Source: Candidatus Latescibacterota bacterium
GTDB taxonomy: Bacteria; Latescibacterota; UBA2968; UBA8231
Length of the DNA stretch: 64,000 nt
Direction: 5' to 3'
Assembly (NCBI GenBank): GCA_965248355.1
Contig: OZ252098.1
Location: 3,008,001 to 3,072,000 of the forward strand
Shown: positions 46,295 through 56,189 of the stretch, piece after piece
How positions within the stretch are numbered: position 1 is the first letter of the stretch
Layout of the letters: every line of letters starts with the position of its first letter
Made by a program: the position numbers and the translations under genes
The notes under the pieces: model-generated
What the model was told of the DNA's origin: nothing
Database searches by the model: none
The model's input: only the letters and a program-made list of their open reading frames with translations

Positions 46295-47686
46295 ATGGCA
46301 CGGATCTCCCTGCGCTCCCGCGCCTGGCACGGCGACGACGCCATCGAGCTGGCCGTGCCGGACCGCTGGACCGTCGATGTCCTGCCGCCGGCGGACGCCC
46401 CCGAGCTCGGCGAGCAGGAGCTCGCCCGGGCCCTGCGCGACCCCATCGGCGGCCCGCCGCTGGAAGAGGCCGCCCGCGGCAGGGGGACGGCCCTCATCGT
46501 CGTCGACGATCTCGGCCGGCCGACGCCGGCGCACCGCATCGTGCCGCACCTGCTGCGCATGCTCGCCGAGGCGGGGGTGCCCGACGGCGGCATCTCCTTC
46601 CTCGTGGCCACCGGCTCCCACCGGCCGCTCTCGGCCGAAGAGATGGAGCGCAAGCTGGGGGCCGAGGTCTGCCGCCGCTACCCCGTGCACTGCCACGACG
46701 CCTTCGGCCCGGACCTGCGCGACCTCGGGCGGCTGAGCACCGGCATGCCCGTGATCGTCAACGGCCGGGTGGTGGACGCCGGGATCGTCATCGGCGTCAG
46801 CTGCGTCCTGCCCCACACCCTGACCGGCTTCAGCGGCGGCGCCAAGATCCTGCTGCCCGGCTGCGCCGGGATCCTCAGCATCGCCGAGCTGCACAGCTTC
46901 GAGGCCAGGCGCCCCCGCGGCGGCGCCGAGCCGGCCTCCCGCCGTCCGGACGCCCGCGAGGTGATCGACGCCTTCGCCGAGCGCGCCGGCCTCGACTTCT
47001 CCGTCAACGTGGTGGTCAACTCCCGGCGCGGGATCGCCGCCGTCGCCGCCGGAGAGGCGCGGGCGGCCCACGCCGCGGCGGTGGAGCAGGCGAGGCGCAT
47101 CTACCGCACCGAGATCCCGGAGGAGCTGCGCCGCGAGGCCGGCCTGGTGATCGCCAACAGCTACCCCCTCGACGCCGATCCCGTGCAGGTCTCCAAGTCC
47201 CAGTGGCCGGGCCGGGTCTTCCCGAACGCGCGGCTGGTCCTCCACGACCCCGCCTGCGACGGCATCGCCTACCACGGCTGGAGCGAGTTCCAGAAGGCCT
47301 CGGTGGCCAACATGCTGTGCGGCGCCGTCGGCCAGGCCCGCACCGACGGCTGCTGTCCCGGCCTGCTGGGAGCCCTCTTCGGGTCCGCCCCCCTGCGCGA
47401 GCTGGGCCACCTGCGCCTGCGGCGGGAGGCGGAACGGACCGACGTCAGCTACCGCGCCTACCAGGAGGGGCGGGGGACCATCCACCGCAACACGGCGGCC
47501 AAGCGGGTCATGGCCCGGCGGGCGCCCCTGGTCCTCTGCTCGGAGGGCTTCCCGGAGTGGAAGCAGCGGATCCAGTTCCCCAAGGCGGATCTCTATCGCT
47601 CGTGGGAGGAGCTGGCCGCGGAGTTGCCCGCGGGGCCGCTGCGGGTGGCCGTGCTGCCCTGCGCGCCGCTGCAGATCCCGGGGTAG
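46295..47686 (+). CDS. Lactate racemase LarA-like (DUF2088) protein
   Basis: VVDDLGRPTP, ATGSHR, PHTLTGFSGGAKILLPG. Confidence 0.8.
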   Translation: MARISLRSRAWHGDDAIELAVPDRWTVDVLPPADAPELGEQELARALRDPIGGPPLEEAARGRGTALIVVDDLGRPTPAHRIVPHLLRMLAEAGVPDGGISFLVATGSHRPLSAEEMERKLGAEVCRRYPVHCHDAFGPDLRDLGRLSTGMPVIVNGRVVDAGIVIGVSCVLPHTLTGFSGGAKILLPGCAGILSIAELHSFEARRPRGGAEPASRRPDAREVIDAFAERAGLDFSVNVVVNSRRGIAAVAAGEARAAHAAAVEQARRIYRTEIPEELRREAGLVIANSYPLDADPVQVSKSQWPGRVFPNARLVLHDPACDGIAYHGWSEFQKASVANMLCGAVGQARTDGCCPGLLGALFGSAPLRELGHLRLRREAERTDVSYRAYQEGRGTIHRNTAAKRVMARRAPLVLCSEGFPEWKQRIQFPKADLYRSWEELAAELPAGPLRVAVLPCAPLQIPG

Positions 47687-48863
47687 AAGCCCAGATTGAT
47701 CAGCGCCCCGATATCCCGCCATCCCAGGACGGTGCCGTGGGCGCGGTCCTGGCGCTCCTCGCCTCCGTAGACCAGGTAGTAGTCCTGCTCCACAGGCACG
47801 GCCGTGGCCAACTTCCGATAGTAGCGCAAGCCCTTGAACTGGTCCGTGCCCAGCGTCGCTCCCGCCTTGATCTCGACCACCTGCCGCCGGCCGCCCCGTT
47901 CGTAGAGCAGGTCCAGCTCGTTGCCGGTGTTGTCGCGCCAGAAGTAGAGGTCGGGACGGCGGCCCGCGTTGACGTGCTCCTTGACGATCTCCGAGATGAC
48001 CCAGTTCTCGAAAATCGCCCCTCGCAGGTAATGTGTGGCGAGTTGTGCGGCGAACTCCAGACCCAGGAGCGAGCAGAGCAGGCCCGTGTCGTGAAAGTAG
48101 AGCTTGGGCGACTTGATGAGCCGCTTGGAGAAATTCTCGTGATGCGGAGGGAGCAGGAAGGCGACATAGCTGGCTTCGAGTACCGAAATCCAGGCGCGCA
48201 CCGTCCTCTAGTTGATCCCCAGGTCGTTGCCGAGGCCGCTCAAGTCGAGCAACTGTCCAACCCGTCCGGCGCAGGCCATGAGGAAGCGCTGGAAGGCGCT
48301 CAGGTCGCCGATGTTGCGCAGGCTCCTCACGTCGCGCTCGACGTAGGTCTGGATGTAGGCCGGGTAGTAATCCGGGGGGGCGATGCCGCGGTCGTAGAGG
48401 ACCGGGTAGCCCCCCTTGAAGAGGCTTTCGTCCAGGCTGGCGGGGGCGCCGGCTGCAAGCTCCTGCCGGGAAAAGGGCAGCAGCGTTTGCGGCGCGACCC
48501 GGCCGGCCAGGGATTGGCCGACCTGCTCCATGAGCAGGAAGTTCTGCGAGCCCGTGAGGACGAACTGCCCCATGGTGCCGCGCTCGTCCACCAGCACCTG
48601 CAGGTAGGAGAACAGGGCCGGCACCTTCTGCGCCTCGTCGATGATCAGCCCCTGGTCCCCATACCGCTCCAGGAAGCGCCGCGGATCCTCTTCCGCGGCT
48701 GAAACGATCGTCGATCCGCTCGAGATCGACGCAGGCGTAGTCCGGGAAGACGCCGCGCACAAGCGTAGTCTTGCCCGACTGGCGAGGTCCGGACCGAGAG
48801 GATTGGATAGAGCCGGGCCAGCTTCTGGAGGTGGGTGCCGAGATGACGTCGGACGCGCCGCAT
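47593..48863 (-). pseudogene. AAA_14 ATPase + DUF4143 protein with two frameshifts and an in-frame stop
   Basis: Fragments GPRQSGKTT, IIDEAQK, LTGSQ, GGYP, TYVERDVR, KSPKLYFHDTG, YFWRD and ELD...EIK. Lesions near 48792, near 48703 and TAG at 48208-48210. Confidence 0.85.
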
Positions 48864-48957
48864 TCTTTACGGAATAGGAATTGAGATCCTGTTTTGCAAA
48901 GAAAAACGACCGTCGGGTGGGGCGTACCGCTGCCCTGCGCGCCGCTGCAGATCCCGG
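47653..48957 (+). repeat. 29-bp perfect direct repeat (47653-47681 and 48929-48957) bounding the AAA_14 cassette
   Basis: gctgccctgcgcgccgctgcagatcccgg in both places, encoding the larA-like C-terminus LPCAPLQIP. Confidence 0.9.
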
Positions 48958-48958
48958 C

Positions 48959-49822
48959 CTAGAACAAGGCCAGGGCCCCGGTCCGCTCCAACCGCACCAT
49001 CATCCTGCGGAACAGGATCAACGAGGCTGCTCCGCAGACCGCCACCAGGCCGGCAACGATGATCATCTCCAGGGCCAGCGAAGAGACGAGAAGGGGCGAT
49101 CCCGTGAGCGCTCCACGAAAGGCGTCGATGGCGTAGGCCAGGGGATTGACGTAGGCCAGCAGCTTGAATGGATGGGGGATGAGATCAACCAGGAAGTAGG
49201 CGCCGCTGATCATGGCCATGGGCCGCTGGATGATCAGTGTGAACACGGTGCGGTCCTTGAAAGCCATGATCAGACCCGCCCCGACGATCCCCAGGAACAG
49301 GTTGAGAAGCAGCAACAGCAGCAGGCTCAAGGCACCCCACATCAGGCCCTCCGCGGTGAGGGCGGGCTCAAAGCCGAAGATCAACGCCGCCCCCGCAAAG
49401 AGCGTGATCGAATGGTAGGTGAACAGGAGGAGATAGTAGAGGGAGATCCCCAGCACGAGGGTCAGCCGTCGGACAGGGGTCGTAAAGAGCCGTTCCAGTG
49501 TGCCCGTCTGCATCTCGGATGCAACCCCGCCGGCCACGTGGGTATCGAGCATCACCATGTTGCCCACGCCCAGGGCGGTGAAGGCGATGAGGCCGAGCAG
49601 AATGAACGTGAACTGGTCCGGCAGGCCGCTCAGCTCCGCCAGCCGTGCGGAGGCGCGCCCATCGCTGAAGGCCCACGCCGTCAGAATGATCGGCAAGGTG
49701 GCCATCAGGTGTCCCACGAGATCGATGATGAATTTGTTCCGGTAGCGGGTCTGCACGTTCAGCTGATGCCGGGCCACCCGCAACAGGATACGCACCTCGT
49801 CCCGCAGGCCGCCGCCTGACAT
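48959..49822 (-). CDS. ABC-2 type transporter permease
   Basis: EMQTGTLERLFTTP, SGAYF, NPLAYAIDAFR. Confidence 0.88.
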   Translation of the reverse strand: MSGGGLRDEVRILLRVARHQLNVQTRYRNKFIIDLVGHLMATLPIILTAWAFSDGRASARLAELSGLPDQFTFILLGLIAFTALGVGNMVMLDTHVAGGVASEMQTGTLERLFTTPVRRLTLVLGISLYYLLLFTYHSITLFAGAALIFGFEPALTAEGLMWGALSLLLLLLLNLFLGIVGAGLIMAFKDRTVFTLIIQRPMAMISGAYFLVDLIPHPFKLLAYVNPLAYAIDAFRGALTGSPLLVSSLALEMIIVAGLVAVCGAASLILFRRMMVRLERTGALALF

Positions 49823-50667
49823 CAGAACCCCCCCAGCACGCCGCTGCGCCGCGCCGCGTTCAGCTCGCGGCCGAGGAAGAAGAACCCCACCAGCCAGCAG
49901 GCCAGCGCCATGGCCGCCAGCACCGCCAGGTCGGGGGCCATCTGGAGGAACGGCTCGGCGCGCAACAGCGAGCGTCTCTCCAGATCGAAGGCCCAGGTGA
50001 AGGGCACGCAGCGGGCCACGGTCTGCAGCCACTCCGGGTAGATAGTGATCGGGAAGGTGGCACCCGAGAGCAGAGCCAGTACCGCACGGGAGAGCACGGT
50101 CTGGATCGCCCAACTGTCGGCTACCCTTACGAGCAGGCTGGAAAGTGCGAAGGCCATGCCATACGTCGATGCAAGGTGCAGGCCGACCGCGGCGACGCCC
50201 GACAGGAGATCGATGTGGAAATCGAGCTGAACCCAGACCCGCAACAGCGTGATGGTGGTGGCGACGAACAGGGTCATGTAGCAGAGATGGGCCAGCGCGG
50301 TACCCACGAAGAGGGTCGAGGGAAACTGGGCCGATACCAGGACTCGCTCCAAGGTGCCCGTGTAGCGCTCCATGCGCAGAAGGTTGCCGATCCAGGAGAA
50401 GACCGTGTTGGACAGGGCGACGGCGACAAGAGGCACGGCCATGTAGCCCACGTAGCCCCCGTACCCGGCCGAGTCGAAGTACGACCCCGTCAACCGGTTC
50501 TCGCGGCCGACCAGGGTGTCTCCGAGGAAGACGAAAGGAAGGATGGCCAGGAAGGGACCCAGGCTCAGGTTCAGCAGCCAGCTCGGATAGCGGCGCATTC
50601 CGAGGGCGATCCTCCGGGCCGTGAACAACGAGTCGAGCAGGTACGCCCGGGCCGCCACACTAACCAC
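49822..50667 (-). CDS. ABC-2 type transporter permease
   Basis: ERYTGTLERVL, LSGATFPITIYPEWLQ. Confidence 0.88.
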   Translation of the reverse strand: MVSVAARAYLLDSLFTARRIALGMRRYPSWLLNLSLGPFLAILPFVFLGDTLVGRENRLTGSYFDSAGYGGYVGYMAVPLVAVALSNTVFSWIGNLLRMERYTGTLERVLVSAQFPSTLFVGTALAHLCYMTLFVATTITLLRVWVQLDFHIDLLSGVAAVGLHLASTYGMAFALSSLLVRVADSWAIQTVLSRAVLALLSGATFPITIYPEWLQTVARCVPFTWAFDLERRSLLRAEPFLQMAPDLAVLAAMALACWLVGFFFLGRELNAARRSGVLGGF

Positions 50668-51667
50668 GGCCGGCCGGGTTGGTCAGGGATACGAACACGT
50701 CCTCCAGAGTCGGTCGGACCAGGCCCATGCTGAGGACTTGCTGTCCCGCGAGGCCTTCGGCCCGCGCCAGCTCGGCCACACTGCGGATCGGCTCGCGGAC
50801 CCGCAGCCGGAGCGTGGTCATCGTGGGCTGCTGGTTCTCCGACAGCACACTCTCCACGAGGGGGTGGTCCCGCAGGGCCGCCAGTGCGCCGCTGGATCCG
50901 GTCGCCAGCTGCACCTCGACGATCCGGTTGTCTCCCACCTCGGCCCGCACCTCGTCCGGCGATCCCTCGAGCACCTTCCGGCCCTGGTGGATGATCGCCA
51001 GCCTGTCCGACAGTTCCTCGGCTTCGTGGAGATAGTGAGTCGTGTAGAGGATGGTGACGCCGTCGCGCCGGCACAGGTCCTTCAGCAGACTCCGCAGCGT
51101 GCGGGCCCCGTTCGGATCGAGGCCGATCGTCGGCTCGTCGAGCAACAACACGGGCGGCCGATGGACGAGGGACACGGCGATCGCCAGGCGCTGCTTCATG
51201 CCCATGGAATACCGCTCCACGTAGTTGTCGAGGCGGTCCGTCAAGCCCACGACATCGGCCACCTCCTCGATCCGGTGTCTCGCAGCGTCGCCGCGAAGTC
51301 CATAGAGGCCGGAGAAGTATTCCAGATTCTGCCGCCCCGTGATCTTCCAGTAGACGCTGCGCTCGCCCCGGATGGAGACCCCGATGCTGCGCCGTACCTG
51401 CCGCTGACGGGTGGCCACGTCGTGGCCGTTGATCCTGCACGTGCCTTCGTCGGGAAGCAGAAGAGTGCAGAGAACGCGGACCGTGCTCGTCTTGCCGGCG
51501 CCGTTCGGTCCCAGGAGGCTGAAGAACCGCCCCGCTTCCACCGTCAGGTGGAGATCGTCGATGGCGATCACCGGTTCCGTGTCGTAGCGGCCCAGGAACC
51601 GCCGCCACAGCGCCGGATTGCCGACGTTTTTCGTGAAGCGCTTTGTGAGTCCCTCGATCTCGATCAT
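50660..51667 (-). CDS. ABC transporter ATP-binding protein (DrrA/NodI-like exporter)
   Basis: GPNGAGKT, YSMGMKQR, LLLDEPT, TTH. Confidence 0.93.
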   Translation of the reverse strand: MIEIEGLTKRFTKNVGNPALWRRFLGRYDTEPVIAIDDLHLTVEAGRFFSLLGPNGAGKTSTVRVLCTLLLPDEGTCRINGHDVATRQRQVRRSIGVSIRGERSVYWKITGRQNLEYFSGLYGLRGDAARHRIEEVADVVGLTDRLDNYVERYSMGMKQRLAIAVSLVHRPPVLLLDEPTIGLDPNGARTLRSLLKDLCRRDGVTILYTTHYLHEAEELSDRLAIIHQGRKVLEGSPDEVRAEVGDNRIVEVQLATGSSGALAALRDHPLVESVLSENQQPTMTTLRLRVREPIRSVAELARAEGLAGQQVLSMGLVRPTLEDVFVSLTNPAGRG

Positions 51668-51727
51668 GCCTTCAGGATCGAGGGCGGGTTGGACAATGTC
51701 AACGAAGAGGACGATGGCCCGGGGGGC

Positions 51728-52831
51728 CTACTCCGCCGGCAGCTGGTACCCCTCCTTCATCACCTCGATCTTCGCCAGCACCGAGGCCTGGCCCTGGGAG
51801 CGGTCGCCGTAGGTCACGTAGAGGGTGTGGGACCGCTCGCCGCGGCCGAAGCCGACGTTGGTGGGCAGGGTCGGCGTGGGGATCCAGGCGCGCTCCTGGC
51901 CCTGGGGCGAGTAGACGTAGATGCCGGGGCGGGTCATGTCGCGCACGGCCACGTAGAGGTTGCCCTCGGCGTCGCAGACGAGGCCGTCGGGGCCGTCCTG
52001 GGGGGCGTAGTCGACCAGCACCTCGCGGAAGGAGGCCGAGCCGTCCTCGGCCAGGTCGTAGGCCAGCAGCGCCATGCGGCCCTTGGGCGGCGGCGGCTGG
52101 CCCGCGGGCAGGCGGTCGAAGGCGGGGCTGCCGTTGTCGTTGGATACGACGTAGAGGCTCTTCTGGTCGGGCGAGACGGCGACGCCGTTGGGCTTGCCGG
52201 CGTCGGAGATGATGCGGTTGATCGAGCCGTCGGGGTCGATGCGGTAGACGCCGAAGACCTCCTGCTCCATGGGCTCGTGGCCGAGGTACTTCGGGTCGGA
52301 GAAGTAGATGCGGCCCTTCTCGTCGATGGACAGGTCGTTGGGCGCGTTGAGGCGGTAGCCGTTGTAGTGGCTGGCCAGGATCACCGCCTGGCCGGTGGCC
52401 ATGTCGGTGCGCGTCACCCGGCGGCCGCCGTGGTCGGCGCCCTCGCAGGCCACCAGCCGCCCCCGGGCGTCGAACTTCAGGCCGTTGGACATGCCGCTCG
52501 GCGAGCGGAAGACCTCGGTGCGGCCGGTCTCAGGGTCGTAGCGCATGATGTGGCCGGCCTGGGGTGGGTCGCCGGAGACATGGGTGAAGGTGATGTCGCT
52601 GAAGTAGACGCGGCCGTCGGGGGCCACCGCCGGCCCCTCGCTGAAGAAGGCGCCGTCGTACACGACCTCGAGACGGGCCTCCGCGAGCAGGATGTCCGGG
52701 TCTCCTGCGTAGAGGTCGAGGCGCCGGATGTCCGGGTCTCCTGAGAGGGTTCCCTCCGCAAAGACGGCGGGAGCGGCGTGGGCGAGCAGGCCCGCGAGCA
52801 GGGATGTCACGGCGAGCAGTGATCGTTTCAT
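51728..52831 (-). CDS. SMP-30/gluconolactonase family protein, secreted
   Basis: Signal peptide, SEGP, YFSDI, APND, PNG, PDG. ATG at 52831. Confidence 0.9.
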   Translation of the reverse strand: MKRSLLAVTSLLAGLLAHAAPAVFAEGTLSGDPDIRRLDLYAGDPDILLAEARLEVVYDGAFFSEGPAVAPDGRVYFSDITFTHVSGDPPQAGHIMRYDPETGRTEVFRSPSGMSNGLKFDARGRLVACEGADHGGRRVTRTDMATGQAVILASHYNGYRLNAPNDLSIDEKGRIYFSDPKYLGHEPMEQEVFGVYRIDPDGSINRIISDAGKPNGVAVSPDQKSLYVVSNDNGSPAFDRLPAGQPPPPKGRMALLAYDLAEDGSASFREVLVDYAPQDGPDGLVCDAEGNLYVAVRDMTRPGIYVYSPQGQERAWIPTPTLPTNVGFGRGERSHTLYVTYGDRSQGQASVLAKIEVMKEGYQLPAE

Positions 52832-53056
52832 GAGGCTGACTCCTTGGCCCGGCGCGGGTCCGCTACCGGGGACGCGGACGGGCGATGGATCCGCCGTCCG
52901 GCGGATGTTGAAGAGCAGAGGCGGCGGTCTCGGAGGTCCGCACCGGGATGAGGCCGGGCGAGGGAACCGCCGTCCGGCGATGTTGAGAGGGGCGCCCCCG
53001 GTTGACAGAGGGGCCTCCGGTCGCCCAGCGGCTCGGCGCCGAGAGGCGAGGGGCAC

Positions 53057-53887
53057 TCAGGCCTCCTGCGCTCCGAGCCGTTCGAGCACCCGCCGCAGAG
53101 CCGCGGTGGCGATGGCGAAGCGCTCGGCGCCGGTGCCGCCGAAGTCCGGGTCGTCGGCCTTCAGGTGGGGCTCGATGGACAGGAAGCCGCTGAAGCCGCG
53201 GTCGAGAGCGTCGGCGAGCACGGCCTCCACCTCGCCGTCGCCGTGGCCGGCGGGGACCACGCGTCCGCTGTCGGCGACCTTGTCCTTGATGTGGAACCAG
53301 ATCACGTGGTCGGCCAGCCGCTCCCAGGCGGGCCAGGGCGGGCAGCCGCAGGTGACGAAGTTGGCCGGGTCGAAGAGGGCGCGAAGGTGGGGATCGCCCA
53401 CCGATTCGATCAGGTCGGCGCAACGCTCCGGGGCGTCGCCGTAGATGCCGCTCTCGTTCTCGTGGACCAGGGTGATTCCGGCCCCGGCGGCGGCGGCCGT
53501 CATGCGCCGCATCTGGTCGAGGACCTCGCCGCGCACCTGCTCCGCCTCCTCGCCCTCGTGGCGGAAGGAGAAGACGCGCACGAAGCGGCAGCCGAGCTGA
53601 TCGGCGCGGCGCAGGGCGATCTGGAAGCGGGCGAAGTGGGCCTCCAGGTCGGAGCGGATCGGCGTCTTGCCGATGGGCGAGCCCACGCTCGACACCCCGA
53701 TGCCGGCGGCCTCCAGCCTCCGGCGGAAGGCCAGGGCCTCCTCGTCGGACAGGTCGAGGACGTTGCGGCCGCCCACGCCTCGGACCTCCACGTGGCCCAC
53801 CCCGGCGGCCAGCAGGCCGTCGATCTGCTCCCCGCCGTCGGCGGCGATCTCGTCGGCGAAGCCGGTGAGGGTGACGGGCCCCCTCAC
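53057..53887 (-). CDS. Sugar phosphate isomerase/epimerase (AP endonuclease 2 TIM barrel)
   Basis: TGFADEI, HENE, FDPANF, HIKD, SIEPHL. Confidence 0.88.
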   Translation of the reverse strand: MRGPVTLTGFADEIAADGGEQIDGLLAAGVGHVEVRGVGGRNVLDLSDEEALAFRRRLEAAGIGVSSVGSPIGKTPIRSDLEAHFARFQIALRRADQLGCRFVRVFSFRHEGEEAEQVRGEVLDQMRRMTAAAAGAGITLVHENESGIYGDAPERCADLIESVGDPHLRALFDPANFVTCGCPPWPAWERLADHVIWFHIKDKVADSGRVVPAGHGDGEVEAVLADALDRGFSGFLSIEPHLKADDPDFGGTGAERFAIATAALRRVLERLGAQEA

Positions 53888-55107
53888 GGCGACCCCTCCG
53901 GCGGCCACGGGTCGAGGCAGGCGCCGCTCGGCGAGGGGCCGGTGGGCCGCCAGGGCAGCTCGTCGAAGGACCGGTAGGCCACGTCGAGCCAGGGGGTCTC
54001 CAGGCGGATGTGCCCCTCGTAGCGGGAGGTGAGCGCCGCCTCCAGGACGCCGCTGGTCAGCAGGGTGCGCTCCACCGGGTACTGGGGCCGGCCGCTGAGG
54101 AACATCTCCTCCACGTTGAGGCCCAGGTAGCTGAAGTGGGCGTAGGCGCCCTCGGTGCCGCCGTGGCCCTGGCACTTGAACCAGGTGGATTCCACCTCGC
54201 CGCCGGTGCGCCGGGAGGCGTAGGCCAGCTCGCTGAGATAGCCGTTGAGCATGACCACGGCGCCGCGGAAGCCGTCGCGGTACTCCATCAGGAAGAGGGC
54301 CGGGTTGTCGCAGTGCTCCTCCATGTCGCCCTCCTGGCGTCCGTCCCCGATCACGGTGGCGCAGGCCGCCCCGGCCAGCTCCCGCCACCAGGCGCCCTCG
54401 CCGCGGCCGTGGGCCCAGGCCGCCTCCCCCTCCAGGCAGGTGACGGCGGCGACGCCGGTCTCACCGCCGCCGCGGCGCTCGGCCATGCACTGCAGCACCT
54501 CCAGGGTGTGGAACCCGTAGATGTCGAGGCCGGAGAAACCCACGGCCACCGCCTCCTCCAGCGGCGCGTCCAGCTCGTGCTCGAGGAAAGGGTCGCGCCA
54601 GCACACGGGCAGGGAGGAGCCGGCCATGAAGGGGGCGCCCAGCTCGGCGGCGCGCTCGTACATCCACAGGGCGTCCTGCCAGCGCCACGACAAGTGCTTG
54701 TCGTTGAAGACCGGCGCCGCCCGCCCGCTGGTGGAGAAGACCCCGCAGATCTGCTCCATGAAGTAGCGGCGCGGGAAGAGGTGCTGCTCCTTCTCGTTCC
54801 ACGCGTAGTCGCCGTGCTCGCCGATGAGCAGCACCCCGTCCACGGCCAGCTCCCCGCCGCCCAGGGTCAGGGCCTGCACGATGCTGCCGTACACGGGCAC
54901 GCCGAAGGCCTCGGCCGTGGGCCGGCCGATGTCGTTCTCCGGCACCTGGTCCAGGTAGACGGAGACGATGCGCGAGCGCGGCGCGACGAGTCCGTCGTCG
55001 GTGGGGAAGCCGCGCAGGTACTTGCCGATGATGACGTCGGCGTGCGACCGCGGCCGGTACTCGGTGATCACGGCGGCGATCCTGGGGCTCTCGGTCCCTT
55101 GGCTCAC
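53884..55107 (-). CDS. Conserved hypothetical protein, Gfo/Idh/MocA oxidoreductase-like
   Basis: DGVLLIGEHG, PVFNDKHL, MAGSSLP, YGFHTLE. Confidence 0.7.
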   Translation of the reverse strand: MSQGTESPRIAAVITEYRPRSHADVIIGKYLRGFPTDDGLVAPRSRIVSVYLDQVPENDIGRPTAEAFGVPVYGSIVQALTLGGGELAVDGVLLIGEHGDYAWNEKEQHLFPRRYFMEQICGVFSTSGRAAPVFNDKHLSWRWQDALWMYERAAELGAPFMAGSSLPVCWRDPFLEHELDAPLEEAVAVGFSGLDIYGFHTLEVLQCMAERRGGGETGVAAVTCLEGEAAWAHGRGEGAWWRELAGAACATVIGDGRQEGDMEEHCDNPALFLMEYRDGFRGAVVMLNGYLSELAYASRRTGGEVESTWFKCQGHGGTEGAYAHFSYLGLNVEEMFLSGRPQYPVERTLLTSGVLEAALTSRYEGHIRLETPWLDVAYRSFDELPWRPTGPSPSGACLDPWPPEGSP

Positions 55108-55126
55108 GGGCAGTCCTTTCTCTGTG

Positions 55127-56080
55127 TCAGGAAGCGGCGAGCGCGGCCAGCAGGGCGCGCAGGTAGCCGATGGAGTAGGCCAGGCCCTGGTGCACGCCCT
55201 CGCCGTCGCCCTCCACCTTGGGGATGTGATCGGGGTTGATGCAGCCGTCGAAGCCGACGCGCCGCAGCTCGAGGAGGATCTTGAACATGTTGATGTCGCC
55301 GTCGTCGAGCAGGGTCTCCTCGAAGGCGCCGGCCGTGGCCAGGGAGCCGCGCACGTTGCGCATGTGCAGGGTGAAGAGACGCCCCTTGCGGCCGTAGTTG
55401 TGGATCTCGTCCAGGATCAGGGAGCCGCCCCCGGCCTCGGCGCGGGTGCCGCAGCAGTAGAGGTAGCCCACCTGGCGCGACGGGAAGGCGTCGATGATGC
55501 GGTGGAAGCCCAGGGCGCCGAAAGGGGTGTCGACGTTGGGCACGTCCGAAGGGTGCATGGCGAGGCGGATGCCGCTCTCCTCGGCGATCGGCACGAGGCG
55601 CTCGTAGAGCTTCAGGAACCGCTCCCACCAGCGCTCCAGCGCCTCGCGGTCCGGCGCCGGGTCGGGGTCCCTGGCCAGGCTCTCCCCCCGGGAGCGGTAG
55701 CCGCCCCGGTGCACGGCGCGGTAGCGGCTCATGAGCCACGGGAAGGTGTCGCCGGCGATGCGCTGCCGGGCGATCGGCGCCCCGGCCTCGGCGAAGGCCT
55801 CCAGGGCCCGGCAGCTGTTGTCCAGCTCGCGTTCGGCGCCGGCCCCCCCGGAGATGAACTCCTCGGTGATGTCGGGCAGGGTGACGCGGTTGATGTCGAG
55901 CCCGAAGTCGCGGACCCGGCGGCGGATGGACCGCACCTGCCCGGCGTCGGGATAGCCCTGCCCCTTCACCCCCGGCCAGAAGTCCCCCTGCCCGAAGTCG
56001 AGGCAGTCGGCGCCGAGCTGGGTCACGAGGCGCAGGTAGGGGTCGGTGAGGTCGCCGTGCCAGACGGAGATACGTATCAT
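55127..56080 (-). CDS. Mannonate dehydratase (UxuA)-like protein
   Basis: LVPIAEESGIRLAMHPSD, HMRNVRG, GDINM, PDHIP. Confidence 0.8.
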   Translation of the reverse strand: MIRISVWHGDLTDPYLRLVTQLGADCLDFGQGDFWPGVKGQGYPDAGQVRSIRRRVRDFGLDINRVTLPDITEEFISGGAGAERELDNSCRALEAFAEAGAPIARQRIAGDTFPWLMSRYRAVHRGGYRSRGESLARDPDPAPDREALERWWERFLKLYERLVPIAEESGIRLAMHPSDVPNVDTPFGALGFHRIIDAFPSRQVGYLYCCGTRAEAGGGSLILDEIHNYGRKGRLFTLHMRNVRGSLATAGAFEETLLDDGDINMFKILLELRRVGFDGCINPDHIPKVEGDGEGVHQGLAYSIGYLRALLAALAAS

Positions 56081-56189
56081 GGAATCATCCTGAATGGGTA
56101 AATGTCGGCCGTGGAATGCGGAATAATGGGAGCCCCGTGCCTCTCCGCAACCCCGGGGGTTTGGTGACCCTGACTCTGGAGGAGGCAGA

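Noticed and set aside
46295..47686. Calling the gene larA with a nickel-pincer pathway
   Set aside because: No larB/C/E genes are in the window and the LarA superfamily has many substrates, so I withheld the symbol.
52690..52743. 18-bp direct repeat in the gluconolactonase 5' region (GDPDI twice)
   Set aside because: A small in-frame duplication after the signal peptide with no sign of function.
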